A DNA stretch of 64,000 nt from Chloroflexota bacterium (GTDB lineage Bacteria > Chloroflexota > UBA11872 > VXOZ01). Below the pieces are notes generated by a model. It ran no database searches and was not told the origin of the DNA. It worked only from the letters and a program-made list of their open reading frames with translations. Within the stretch, counting starts at the first letter, position 1; every line of letters starts with the position of its first letter. Of this stretch, positions 40,006 to 48,848 are shown piece after piece. The translations under genes were made by a program, and so were the position numbers. Location: assembly GCA_964291655.2 (NCBI GenBank), contig OZ219802.1, forward strand, positions 1,088,001 to 1,152,000, given 5' to 3'.

Positions 40006-40261
40006 TGTAAGTGTTGAGTAAATCGTTGACAGATTCCGCTTTCCATTCTGAGGAGTTGACGGTGCATGTCATTCCGAGCGCAGCGAGGAATCTAGAGCCA
40101 ATGTCGAACATGGTCCATACGGCACAGTACTCTAGATTCCGCGAACAGGGTTCGACACTCCGCTGCGCTTCGTTCGGAAAGACATGTGTACTTGTCATGT
40201 CTAGCACTGCGGAAGGTTGCTTTTGTTCTCAAATCTGTCAACGAATTACCTGACATCTACA
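40006..40261. mobile_element. MITE, TGTAAGTGT family, copy 1
   Basis: TIRs TGTAAGTGTTGAGTAAATCGTTGACAGA / TCTGTCAACGAATTACCTGACATCTACA; 5-bp TSD ATTCC. Confidence 0.85.
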
Positions 40262-40441
40262 ATTCCGGCGCAGGACGGAATCCAAGGTGTGGGCGGCGAG
40301 GATAGAGTCCGCGCCCCCGCGCGGGGGAGAGCTTTCGCGGGAATGACGGAGTCCCTCGTGCTGTTTTCATGGAAACGACGGTTGAGCAGCGTAGTGGCGG
40401 CAGCATGGTCAAGCAGCCAAGCAGTCTGCGTGATCGGCAGA

Positions 40442-41611
40442 CTACATCGTCGGCCCAATTCGGTGGGGAGCAAACTCACGATGACCCAGGATTTCCGTTG
40501 CAGTTAGCAGGCCGTTGACGGTATCGAGCGTAAGGTCGAACAACTGCTCGCCCAGCTCGCGGATGCTGGCCGTGCCTTCCAGCACCGGCACACCGGAGAA
40601 GTCGATGTTGTCCTGCATCTTCTCCACAGTCTGCGGATTAGCACACACCTTAATTACCGGCGCTACCGGGTTGCCGAGTGGCGAACCGCGACCGGTGGTA
40701 AAGATGCAGACCTGCGCGCCGCCGGCCACCATGCCGGTAACCGATTCCGAGTCGTAGCCCGGGGTATCCATCACCACCAGGCCCTTTTTGCTGGGGTAGT
40801 CGGCATAGCCGATCACCTCTTCCAGGACGGTCGTGCCGCCCTTGTAGATGCAGCCCAGCGACTTTTCTTCAATAGTCGTTAGACCGCCCTGAATGTTGCC
40901 CGGTGCGGGGTTAGCGCCCCGAATCGACACACCCATCTTCAGCGCGTCCTCTTCGGCCTTGCGTACCACCCCGATGAGTTGCTCGCCAATCTCCGGCTCG
41001 CGCGCCCGCTGGGCAAAGATGTGCTCCGCGCCGATGAATTCCGCAGCTTCGCTAATCATCACCGTGCCGCCGGCTTCCACCAGCATATCGGAGACTACAC
41101 CGGTAATGGGATTGCTGGACAACCCGCTGGTAGTGTCGGATCCGCCGCACTCGGTTGCCAAGACGAGCTCAGAGAGGGGGAATTCTTCCCGCTGCATCGT
41201 GGAGAGCTTGGCGGACAGCTTCTGCGCCATTTGCGCGCCTCCCTGGATAGTCTTGATGGAGCCGCCGGCCTCTTGTATCACGATGAGCTCCACCGGCTTG
41301 CCGGTCTTGGCGATGCCTTCGGCAATGAGAGGCGCTTCTGCTGTCTCGCAGCCCAGCCCAACCACGATGACAGCCCCGACGTTTGGATTGCTGCCGGTGC
41401 CAACCATGGTTTGCACAAAGAGGTCCGCATCAGCCCCCAATTGACCGCATCCGTATTGGTGAATTGTCGTCACCGCTCCGGGCACGAGCTCTGTGATGCG
41501 CTGGCCCACGGTAGACGAACAAATCACTGATGGCAGAATTGCCAGGTGGTTGCGAATTCCTACGCGACCGTCCGGCCTGCGGTAGCCCTGAAATGTCTCT
41601 GCACGTGCCAC
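40442..41611 (-). CDS. UxaA/GarD/SuyB-family dehydratase large subunit
   Basis: GYRRPDGRVGIRN, H.YGC, GLGCE, ECGGSD, GGLTTIEEKSLG, FTTGRG. Confidence 0.92.
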   Translation of the reverse strand: MARAETFQGYRRPDGRVGIRNHLAILPSVICSSTVGQRITELVPGAVTTIHQYGCGQLGADADLFVQTMVGTGSNPNVGAVIVVGLGCETAEAPLIAEGIAKTGKPVELIVIQEAGGSIKTIQGGAQMAQKLSAKLSTMQREEFPLSELVLATECGGSDTTSGLSSNPITGVVSDMLVEAGGTVMISEAAEFIGAEHIFAQRAREPEIGEQLIGVVRKAEEDALKMGVSIRGANPAPGNIQGGLTTIEEKSLGCIYKGGTTVLEEVIGYADYPSKKGLVVMDTPGYDSESVTGMVAGGAQVCIFTTGRGSPLGNPVAPVIKVCANPQTVEKMQDNIDFSGVPVLEGTASIRELGEQLFDLTLDTVNGLLTATEILGHREFAPHRIGPTM

Positions 41612-41704
41612 GGTGTTCACCCCCTTCCGGACTCTCTTGATGCTACTACCGACCAATCTAGCGTTGCATTCCTTCGTATTGTACTCTTCTCGTCAAAACA
41701 GTGT

Positions 41705-42200
41705 TGCCACTCCGCTAGGAGACCATTGCGTAACCCCACTTTCAAGCAGGGGCACTCCCTCTCCTTGGGAGGACTCTGTGTAACTCCGTCATTCCGGCGA
41801 AAGCCGGAATCCAGAGTTTATTTACAACTAAAGATAGCATGATGTTAAGTCGTTTCACCCCCATCCAAACCTTTCCCACAAAAGTGAAGGGTTATGCAAA
41901 GGTCGCTCTGGGTAGAGGGACCCGGGTGAGGGCATTTCAGCTTAACCCGTCCTTTTATCTACAAGACCGACACGCAAGAGCACAATGACGGCAAAGAAGC
42001 TCCCCGAATGCGGGAATTTCCCCCTCACCCTAACCCTCTCCCGGCGGAGAACTTTGCAAAACTCCGGCCGGAGGCGCAAGAAATACCCCCTCTCCTTGGG
42101 GAGAGGGGACAATCTCCCTTCCACATGGGTTTTGCAATGGTCTCCAGAGGGAGAGGGGACTTTCCCGCACCGGCAAGAGTTACGCAAAGGTCTCACTAGG
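41705..42200. repeat. nested hairpin repeat / GAGACC-ended MITE mosaic
   Basis: ends at 41719, 41906, 42047, 42144 and 42194; 41719-41770 nearly identical to 27049-27100; contains a GTCATTCC repeat at 41788. Confidence 0.75.
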
Positions 42201-42394
42201 GTGAAGTCGGCCGGATACGACGTTCGCGCCCAGTCTGAGCATGCGACGAGAAAGACTACGACATGGTTCGCTCTGCCGAGCGCTGCAAGTTGCACTCTCC
42301 CTTATGCCAAAGTGTTGAAGTTTAGGCGATACTGCACGGCTGAACCGCATTTCAGCAAAAATCTCGCGCGCATCCTGCAAACTTTGCGGGTAAT

Positions 42395-42438
42395 TTGACA
42401 TTAACGAGCATGTAGCATACAGTGAATCCCTGTGCTAC
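42395..42438 (+). promoter_or_regulatory. sigma70 promoter overlapped by a degenerate CIRCE-like inverted repeat
   Basis: TTGACA-N17-TACAGT; GTAGCATAC-N9-CTGTGCTAC at 42412-42438; second TTGACA-N17-CATAAC at 42452-42480. Confidence 0.6.
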
Positions 42439-42548
42439 TGCACAATTTTGCTTGACACGATGAATGAGCAATTCCATAACACAGAATCTGCAAGCACGAA
42501 TCGCCAAGTAGCTACGACTCTCGCCGATTGAATGAGGAGACGATATAC

Positions 42549-44171
42549 ATGCCCAAGATCGTAATCTTTAGCGAAGATGCGCGTAACGCCATGATGAGCG
42601 GTGTTGAGCAAGTCGCCGACACGGTTCAAGCCACTCTAGGCCCCAAGGGGCGCAACGTGGCGCTGAGCTACAAGGAAAAGCTCCCTATCGTTACGCACGA
42701 CGGTGTCACCGTTGCCAAGGAAATTGAGCTGGTCGACAACTTCGAGAATATGGGCGCTCAGCTCATGATACAGGCCGCGAGCAAGACCAACGACGTTGCC
42801 GGTGACGGCACGACTACCGCCACCGTGCTTGCCCACACGCTCATAACTGAAGGACATCGCCACATCGTCGCGGGCGCCAATCCCATGATTCTGAAGCGCG
42901 GTCTGGAGAAGGCCGCTCGGTCAGTGGTCGAGGAGTTGAGAAAGTCTTCCACGCCGGTAAGCGGCAAGGACCAGGTTACCGAAGTTGCCACTATTTCGGC
43001 TGGCGATGCCGGCATCGGTGAACTCATCGGCGAAGTGATGGACAGAGTGGGTAGAGACGGCCTTATCACCGTGGAAGAGGGACAGAGTCTTGGCATTTCA
43101 GTCGAATACGCGGAAGGGATGGAATTCGATCAGGGCCTTCTCTCTCCGTACTTCATTACCGACTCCCTCAATATGCATGCCGTAATCGAAGAGCCATACA
43201 TCTTCATTACCGACCAGAAAATCGACTCACTGGAAGAGATCTTGCCGCTCTTGGAGCGCATGGTGCAACGCGGCGAGAAAAATCTGGCCATCATTGCCTT
43301 GGAAGTAGATTCCCATGCCCTGGCAATGCTCATCACCAATAAATCACGCGGTGTTTTGAATTGTATCGCGGTGAAGGTGCCTGGGTTCGGCGACCGGCGC
43401 AAGGAAACGCTGCGAGATATTGCTATCGTCACCGGCGGCCAGTTAATTTCTGAAGAGGCCGGGAAACGCATCGAGGAAGTGGAGATTGAAGATCTTGGCC
43501 GCGCGCGCCGGATTGTCGCAGATAAAGACACCACTGCCATTATCGAGGGGCATGGAGACGTCGACGAGATTGCCGCGCGTGTGAACCAGATCAAGTCGCG
43601 ATTGCAGGATGGCGCCCCTGAATTCGATCGTGAAAAGCTGGAGGAGCGCGTAGCCAAACTCTCCGGCGGCGTAGCAGTCATTCACGTGGGCGCAGCCACC
43701 GAGATTGAGTTGAAGGAGAGGAAAGACCGCATTGACGATGCCCTTTCTGCCACGCGCGCCGCAGTCGAGGAGGGCATTGTGCCTGGCGGCGGGATTGCCC
43801 TCATTAACGCGGCGTCCGGCCTGGATCGCCTGCGGTTGAAAGGCGATGAAGCGGTGGCGATACCGGTAATGCGCAAGGCCCTGGGAGCGCCGCTCAAGCG
43901 CATCGCCCACAACGCCGGACTGGATGATGCGGTTATTGCCCAAGACGTGCAGCGCTTGGCGAAGAACCGGCGCAACAAGAACACGGGCTATAACGTGCTG
44001 ACCGGTGAGTACGTGGACATGATAAAGGCGGGGATTATCGACCCCCTCAAAGTGGCGCGCTCAGCAGTCGAAAATGCGACCTCGGTCGCATCTATGGTGC
44101 TCACTACTGAGGCGCTGGTCGCCGACGTGCCGAAGGAAGATGTCGAAGTTGAGGGAACGCCTGAGTTTTAG
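42549..44171 (+). CDS. groL: chaperonin GroEL, no adjacent groES
   Basis: TLGPKGRNV, DGVTVAKEI, AGDGTTTATVLA, PGFGDRRK, AAVEEGIVPGGG, GIIDP. Confidence 0.97.
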   Translation: MPKIVIFSEDARNAMMSGVEQVADTVQATLGPKGRNVALSYKEKLPIVTHDGVTVAKEIELVDNFENMGAQLMIQAASKTNDVAGDGTTTATVLAHTLITEGHRHIVAGANPMILKRGLEKAARSVVEELRKSSTPVSGKDQVTEVATISAGDAGIGELIGEVMDRVGRDGLITVEEGQSLGISVEYAEGMEFDQGLLSPYFITDSLNMHAVIEEPYIFITDQKIDSLEEILPLLERMVQRGEKNLAIIALEVDSHALAMLITNKSRGVLNCIAVKVPGFGDRRKETLRDIAIVTGGQLISEEAGKRIEEVEIEDLGRARRIVADKDTTAIIEGHGDVDEIAARVNQIKSRLQDGAPEFDREKLEERVAKLSGGVAVIHVGAATEIELKERKDRIDDALSATRAAVEEGIVPGGGIALINAASGLDRLRLKGDEAVAIPVMRKALGAPLKRIAHNAGLDDAVIAQDVQRLAKNRRNKNTGYNVLTGEYVDMIKAGIIDPLKVARSAVENATSVASMVLTTEALVADVPKEDVEVEGTPEF

Positions 44172-44198
44172 TGACAGCCCCGCACAATGAATGCTATG

Positions 44199-44228
44199 GC
44201 CCCTCCAGCGCGGAGGGGCCTGCGTTTT
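44199..44228 (+). terminator. putative intrinsic terminator
   Basis: GGCCCCTCC-AGCGC-GGAGGGGCC followed by TGCGTTTT. Confidence 0.6.
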
Positions 44229-44494
44229 CCCCACCCCATCCCCGAACGCTCGCTCGCCGACAGTGTGCCTCCCGCGCGCGTGAGACACGCTCGTGTTCGC
44301 ACACGAATGCGGCCCTGCATAGCGCCTGCGCCGGCTATTGATACCTTTCCCAAGATCGTCTTCCCTAATCGGTACTTGGCGTAGATTCAGAGGATGACGG
44401 CCCTAAAGACAACTAGATTCAGAACGTGTTTGGCAAGAACTGATGATACTATGTAATTAAGGACCGAATGTGCCGCTACAAAGGAGTAGAACTC

Positions 44495-45109
44495 ATGAAT
44501 AGGCGGGCATTGCTGATTGCAATTGGCTTGATCGTCGTCGTGGTTGGTGGCGCGGGGGCTTGGTGGCTCGGGTCGCCCTTGTTCATCAACACGGTTGTCG
44601 AAGAGGAACTCCCATTCGAGATCCCGACCGCCGCAGAAATGGATGAGATGTCGGAGGACGAGCGTGAGAAGGTAGCCGCAGACGTAATGGATGCGGCGGC
44701 CAAAATGCCGGATAAAGAGATGGAAGAAGATATGCCGGAGATGGCGAATGACGCCCAACCGGTGGTGGTTGCGGAGGGCCAGTTCCAAGATGCCGACGAA
44801 TTTCATAAAGGTACCGGCACTGTGACGCTCTACCGCTTGGCGGACGGCACGCACCTGCTGCGGTTCGAGGACTTCCGCGTGACCAACGGCCCGCAACTGC
44901 ATGTATTGCTGGCAAACCATGCCGACCCTGTCAATCGTGCCGACCTTGAGGAAGGATACATCGATCTGGGTGGGCTCAAAGGGAACGTAGGCAGCCAAAA
45001 CTACGAGATTGCGGCTGACATTGCCATCGACCCCATCAACAGCATCGTAATCTATTGCAAGCCCTTCCATGTGGTCTTTTCCACGGCTGCGCTTAGCAGC
45101 GGAAGCTAA
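44495..45109 (+). CDS. DM13 domain protein
   Basis: N-terminal TM, SPLF....VEE, H.G.G, LRFEDF.VTNGP.L.V.L, LG.LKGN.G.QNY, IYC.PF..F..A.L. Confidence 0.9.
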   Translation: MNRRALLIAIGLIVVVVGGAGAWWLGSPLFINTVVEEELPFEIPTAAEMDEMSEDEREKVAADVMDAAAKMPDKEMEEDMPEMANDAQPVVVAEGQFQDADEFHKGTGTVTLYRLADGTHLLRFEDFRVTNGPQLHVLLANHADPVNRADLEEGYIDLGGLKGNVGSQNYEIAADIAIDPINSIVIYCKPFHVVFSTAALSSGS

Positions 45110-45206
45110 CATCGGGGCGCACGAACTAGCCGTACCGGACGCAGCGAGGAACCTTGAGCGAATGCACGAGGTTCCTCGCTGCTCTGCATTTAAGACAAGA
45201 GACAAA

Positions 45207-45520
45207 ACGTAGCGCGGGGGCTTGTCCCCCGCCCGCATGGCGTGCCGGCAAAGCAGAGTCGATAGTTTCCCTCTCCGTTTCCAGCGCGGGGCAAACTGCT
45301 CGAAAGGGTGGCAGACTGCCCTTTGGTCTGGTGTGACGGCAATGCAGTCCCGTGGTCCTCTGGCCCTGATCAGACGCAGGTTGCAAACCTGCGCTACTGG
45401 AGAGGAAGGGCATATAGAGACGTAGCGCGGGGGCTTGCCCTCCGCCCGCATGGCGTGCCGGCAAATGAGAGTCGATAGTTTCCCTGTCCATTTCCAGCGC
45501 GGGGGCTTGTCCTCCGCTAG
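45207..45520 (+). repeat. two ~85-bp direct repeats built on GTAG REP, plus an inverted GTAGCGCAGGTTTGCAACCTGCG
   Basis: 45207-45290 nearly identical to 45419-45503; related inverted unit at 51941-52002. Confidence 0.85.
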
Positions 45521-45787
45521 GGGCAGCACGCAGGGCGTAATGAGGAGATGGGATGGCGCTTGCGCGGGAACGGTAAGTGACAAGCGCTTCGCCGACAGAA
45601 ATAGAAAATGCAACAGAGAGATGCCACGACCGCATGACGGCTAACTTACACAGGAGGTAGCTCTGTAGAGTAGGCGTGACAGCTCAAGTAGCGATAACGA
45701 ACGTGGCGGGCGGCACATGAAACGTCACTCCGGCGAAAGCCGGAGTCCAGGGTTGAGACAAAGATTGATTCCGTCTTTTGCCGGAAT

Positions 45788-45919
45788 CGTAGGTGTCTGG
45801 TATTTCATTGAGAGCTTTGGCAGAGGAAACATGGGATCTAAACCCTGTGCTTGCCTGCCTGCATGTCAACACTGCAAATTGGGGAGAGGATTCTGTCAAC
45901 GAATCACTCAACACCCACA
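45788..45919. mobile_element. MITE, TGTAAGTGT family, copy 3 (short)
   Basis: CGTAGGTGTCTGGTATTTCATTGAGAG...TCTGTCAACGAATCACTCAACACCCACA; TSD GGAAT (ATTCC on minus strand). Confidence 0.75.
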
Positions 45920-46047
45920 GGAATAGCGGGACGGGTTGCGGGAATTTCTCACTGCAAGGTGATCGGCTAACCTAATCGATCAGGCAAGTCGCAGGCTGCA
46001 AACATATCCTGAGTCTTGCCGAAGGGCCTGTGCTACCGGAGGAAAGC

Positions 46048-46078
46048 AAAACGAGCGCCGACGGTCGGCGCTCGTTTC
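46048..46078. terminator. bidirectional intrinsic terminator
   Basis: AAAACGAGCGCCGAC-G-GTCGGCGCTCGTTTC downstream of ctaA. Confidence 0.75.
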
Positions 46079-46103
46079 GTACGTGATGCCGGTTTTCACA
46101 TGT

Positions 46104-47039
46104 TTATGCCGGGTCGGGTGCAGCCGATTCAGTGTGCGACGCGACCGGGGCGGCGATTTCTTGCGTCTGCTCGGCTTCGCGGGTAAGCGGCCAGAAGAAG
46201 AGCGCCGTTCCCGCAGCCATGATCAAGGAGGCGGTGAAGACGTGGGCGACGCGCAGCGCCGTAGGCAAGCCCATGAGCACCTGCGTGAAGCCAAGTGTGA
46301 TCTGCAACGCCAGGAGTGCGATCACGAGAATTCCCAGGTATTTCGCACTGGTCTGGTCCACGCGCAAACGCCAGCCCGCCAGCAGCGCGAGGGCAATCGC
46401 GAAGACGTAGGAAGCATACCTGTGGCCCATGTGTACTTCCTCGAGGACACGGCTTGAGCCGCCCCCGCCATCGCAGCTCAGCACGCCGTGGCAAGCAATT
46501 CCGGCTCCCATGCCGACGACCAATGCGCCGGAGACCACGACGAGCAGGCCGGCCATCAGGGCGGCAATACCCCGCCATTTCGGCATTCCATCTATACTCA
46601 GCGCACGATTCTGCACATGTACCGCGCCCATTACAGTCGCGGCGATAAAGAGCATGGATATCGTGAGATGGGAACCCACGAGCAGAGCCGGTAGTTCTGT
46701 GAGTACCGTCACTGCGCCAAGCACAATCTGCACAACGAGTAAGAGTGAAAAAGCAAGCACGATGGGTCGTATCTGGCGCAGGCTGCCTTGACCGAACCAC
46801 GCCTTAATCAACACCCAGACGACGCCAACGGTCAAGAACAACGCCAGGAAGCGATGCACAAACTCAATGACTGCTGCCGTTTCGAAAGGCGGAATCACTT
46901 GACCTGAACAGAGCGGCCAATCGGGACACCCCAGTCCCGAGCCCGTTGCCCGTACCACCGCTCCCCATAGAATGTGAATGAGGGCCAGTGCGACGACACT
47001 CCACATTACCCGCTTCACCCACGTTTCGGGGTGTTTCAT
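46104..47039 (-). CDS. ctaA: heme A synthase (COX15/CtaA)
   Basis: GAVVRATGSGLGCPDWPLC, IEFVHR, QIVLGAVTV, conserved His residues, about 8 TMs. Confidence 0.93.
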   Translation of the reverse strand: MKHPETWVKRVMWSVVALALIHILWGAVVRATGSGLGCPDWPLCSGQVIPPFETAAVIEFVHRFLALFLTVGVVWVLIKAWFGQGSLRQIRPIVLAFSLLLVVQIVLGAVTVLTELPALLVGSHLTISMLFIAATVMGAVHVQNRALSIDGMPKWRGIAALMAGLLVVVSGALVVGMGAGIACHGVLSCDGGGGSSRVLEEVHMGHRYASYVFAIALALLAGWRLRVDQTSAKYLGILVIALLALQITLGFTQVLMGLPTALRVAHVFTASLIMAAGTALFFWPLTREAEQTQEIAAPVASHTESAAPDPA

Positions 47040-47299
47040 CGCATTACTCACGCTTTCCTCCTCTTGTGTACGATCCTGCTTAAAGTGTAGCACTAATCCT
47101 GCTTTGATGACACTATTTCACGGAAAGATCGAGTTGCCAGGGGGGTGCATCCGTGTCATTATCATGGGCAAAGCAGTTGCCGCCCTAGAATCGGCTTGAA
47201 GTCGCCTACTCCCACATAGATTGCAGTCTCGGAGCGTAGGCAGTCCGGCAAAATGGGCATAGCAGCGGGTAGATTACGTTATTCAGCAAGGAGGCATCC

Positions 47300-48322
47300 A
47301 TGTCGGGAAAAGTCAAAATTGTTGCCCTCGAATCGGCACACCCCCACATACACAGCTTGATCAGGCAGGCGCAAGAGCAAGAAGGCGCCGAGTTTGTCGG
47401 CTTTGCCGATCCCAATCCCAAACGCCGCGCTCTCACCAAGGAGCGCAACGAGTTTGACGACGACATGGTCTTTGCCGACTATGAACAACTTCTCGACGAG
47501 CGCCAGCCGGATGGTGCGCTCATTTGTTCCACCAATGCCGATCACGTCAAATACGTGGAGGCGCTGGCGCAGCGCGGCATTCACATCATGTTGGAGAAAC
47601 CGTTTGCCGCGAGCCTCTCGGATGCCGACCGCATGATCGCCGCGTGCGAACAGCATGGTGTGACGCTAATGATCAACTTTCCCACGGCGTGGGGTCCGGC
47701 CTTGCGGCGGGCGCGCGAGATTGCGCAGTCCGGTGCGTTGGGGCAGGTCTTTCAGATCGCGTTTCGGGGCGGACACATGGGACCCACCGGCGACTTTGAC
47801 ACGTGGTGGTACCGCCCGCAGGACGGCGGCGGCGTGTTGCTGGACTACTGCTGCTATGCGGCCAATGTCTTTACATGGATTCTCGGCAAACAGCCCCGCC
47901 AGGTCTGCGGCATGGCCGATACCCTGGTGAAGCCGGTAAGGTCCGAAGACAATGCCGTACTGCTGCTGCGTTACGACGACGCGCTCTGCGTCAGCCAGGC
48001 CACCTGGACCCGCTTCGGACCCGAGCCGATCCACGGGCCGGTCATTAACGGCACCGAAGGCAGCGTGACCATGGTTGGCAGAGAGCAACTCAAGCACTGC
48101 ACGCAGGAGAACCCCGAAGGCGACATCATTGACGTGCCGCCGCTGTCGGAACCGCACATGCAGAACGGACCTGCGTACTTCGTCCACGCGCTGCTGAACG
48201 GCACCGCCATCGAAACGCCGTGCGACCCCGCATTCAACCGGGACGGACAGGAAATCCTGGAAGCGGGCAAGATCGCGGTGCAGACCGGTGTGACCGTGAA
48301 TCTGCCCATACTGCCGGCCTAG
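47300..48322 (+). CDS. Gfo/Idh/MocA family oxidoreductase
   Basis: HIMLEKP, GGGVLLDYCCY, EDNA, GTEG. Confidence 0.92.
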   Translation: MSGKVKIVALESAHPHIHSLIRQAQEQEGAEFVGFADPNPKRRALTKERNEFDDDMVFADYEQLLDERQPDGALICSTNADHVKYVEALAQRGIHIMLEKPFAASLSDADRMIAACEQHGVTLMINFPTAWGPALRRAREIAQSGALGQVFQIAFRGGHMGPTGDFDTWWYRPQDGGGVLLDYCCYAANVFTWILGKQPRQVCGMADTLVKPVRSEDNAVLLLRYDDALCVSQATWTRFGPEPIHGPVINGTEGSVTMVGREQLKHCTQENPEGDIIDVPPLSEPHMQNGPAYFVHALLNGTAIETPCDPAFNRDGQEILEAGKIAVQTGVTVNLPILPA

Positions 48323-48354
48323 GCTGAACATCCTAGCAACTCAGTTGGACGATG

Positions 48355-48382
48355 GAGAGGGAATGCGACGCATTCCCTCTCT
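48355..48382. terminator. hairpin after Gfo/Idh/MocA gene
   Basis: GAGAGGGAATGC-GAC-GCATTCCCTCTC. Confidence 0.55.
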
Positions 48383-48573
48383 CGGTATGGATGGGAGTTT
48401 GCAATGGCGCGCCGCGCGAACACATCCGTTTGGCCATTGAGTTCTGAGAATGGGTGCAATTGACCGGGATTTCTCATACTAGAGCGCCAGACCAGTTCGA
48501 ATTAGCCATGAGACTAGATTCAGTGTGGAGGCACGGGCAAGATTACATTAGACCTGCAATTCGTTCAGGCTGC

Positions 48574-48636
48574 GCGCAGCAGGATTCACGTAGCAGGATT
48601 CGCGTAGCAGGGCTCGCGCAGCAGGATTCGCTCAGC
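48574..48636 (+). repeat. 14-bp tandem repeat, about 4.5 copies
   Basis: GCGCAGCAGGATTC / ACGTAGCAGGATTC / GCGTAGCAGGGCTC / GCGCAGCAGGATTC / GCTCAGC. Confidence 0.85.
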
Positions 48637-48685
48637 CCTCAACACGAACGGTACCAGAGGAGTACATGCTAGTCTGCTACAGGTC

Positions 48686-48716
48686 TTGACCATCGAATAT
48701 ACCCCCCAGTAGTATA
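48686..48716 (+). promoter_or_regulatory. copA promoter with CsoR/RcnR-type operator
   Basis: TTGACC-N18-TAGTAT overlapped by TATAC-C-tract-AGTAGTATA. Confidence 0.65.
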
Positions 48717-48848
48717 AAGATAGTGATGTAGTTGGTGCGCGCCGCTGGAGGCTTGTGCATAGAGTGGCGCCAACAAGCGGCAATTGACTGGGCCAGGTTC
48801 TTTCTGCCGGCTCCGCTGCCAGGTTCTCAATTCCAAGAAAGTTGATCC

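Noticed and set aside
44387-45613. 408-aa minus-strand ORF with internal repeats
   Set aside because: It is the antisense of the DM13 gene plus read-through of REP direct repeats; no protein-like composition.
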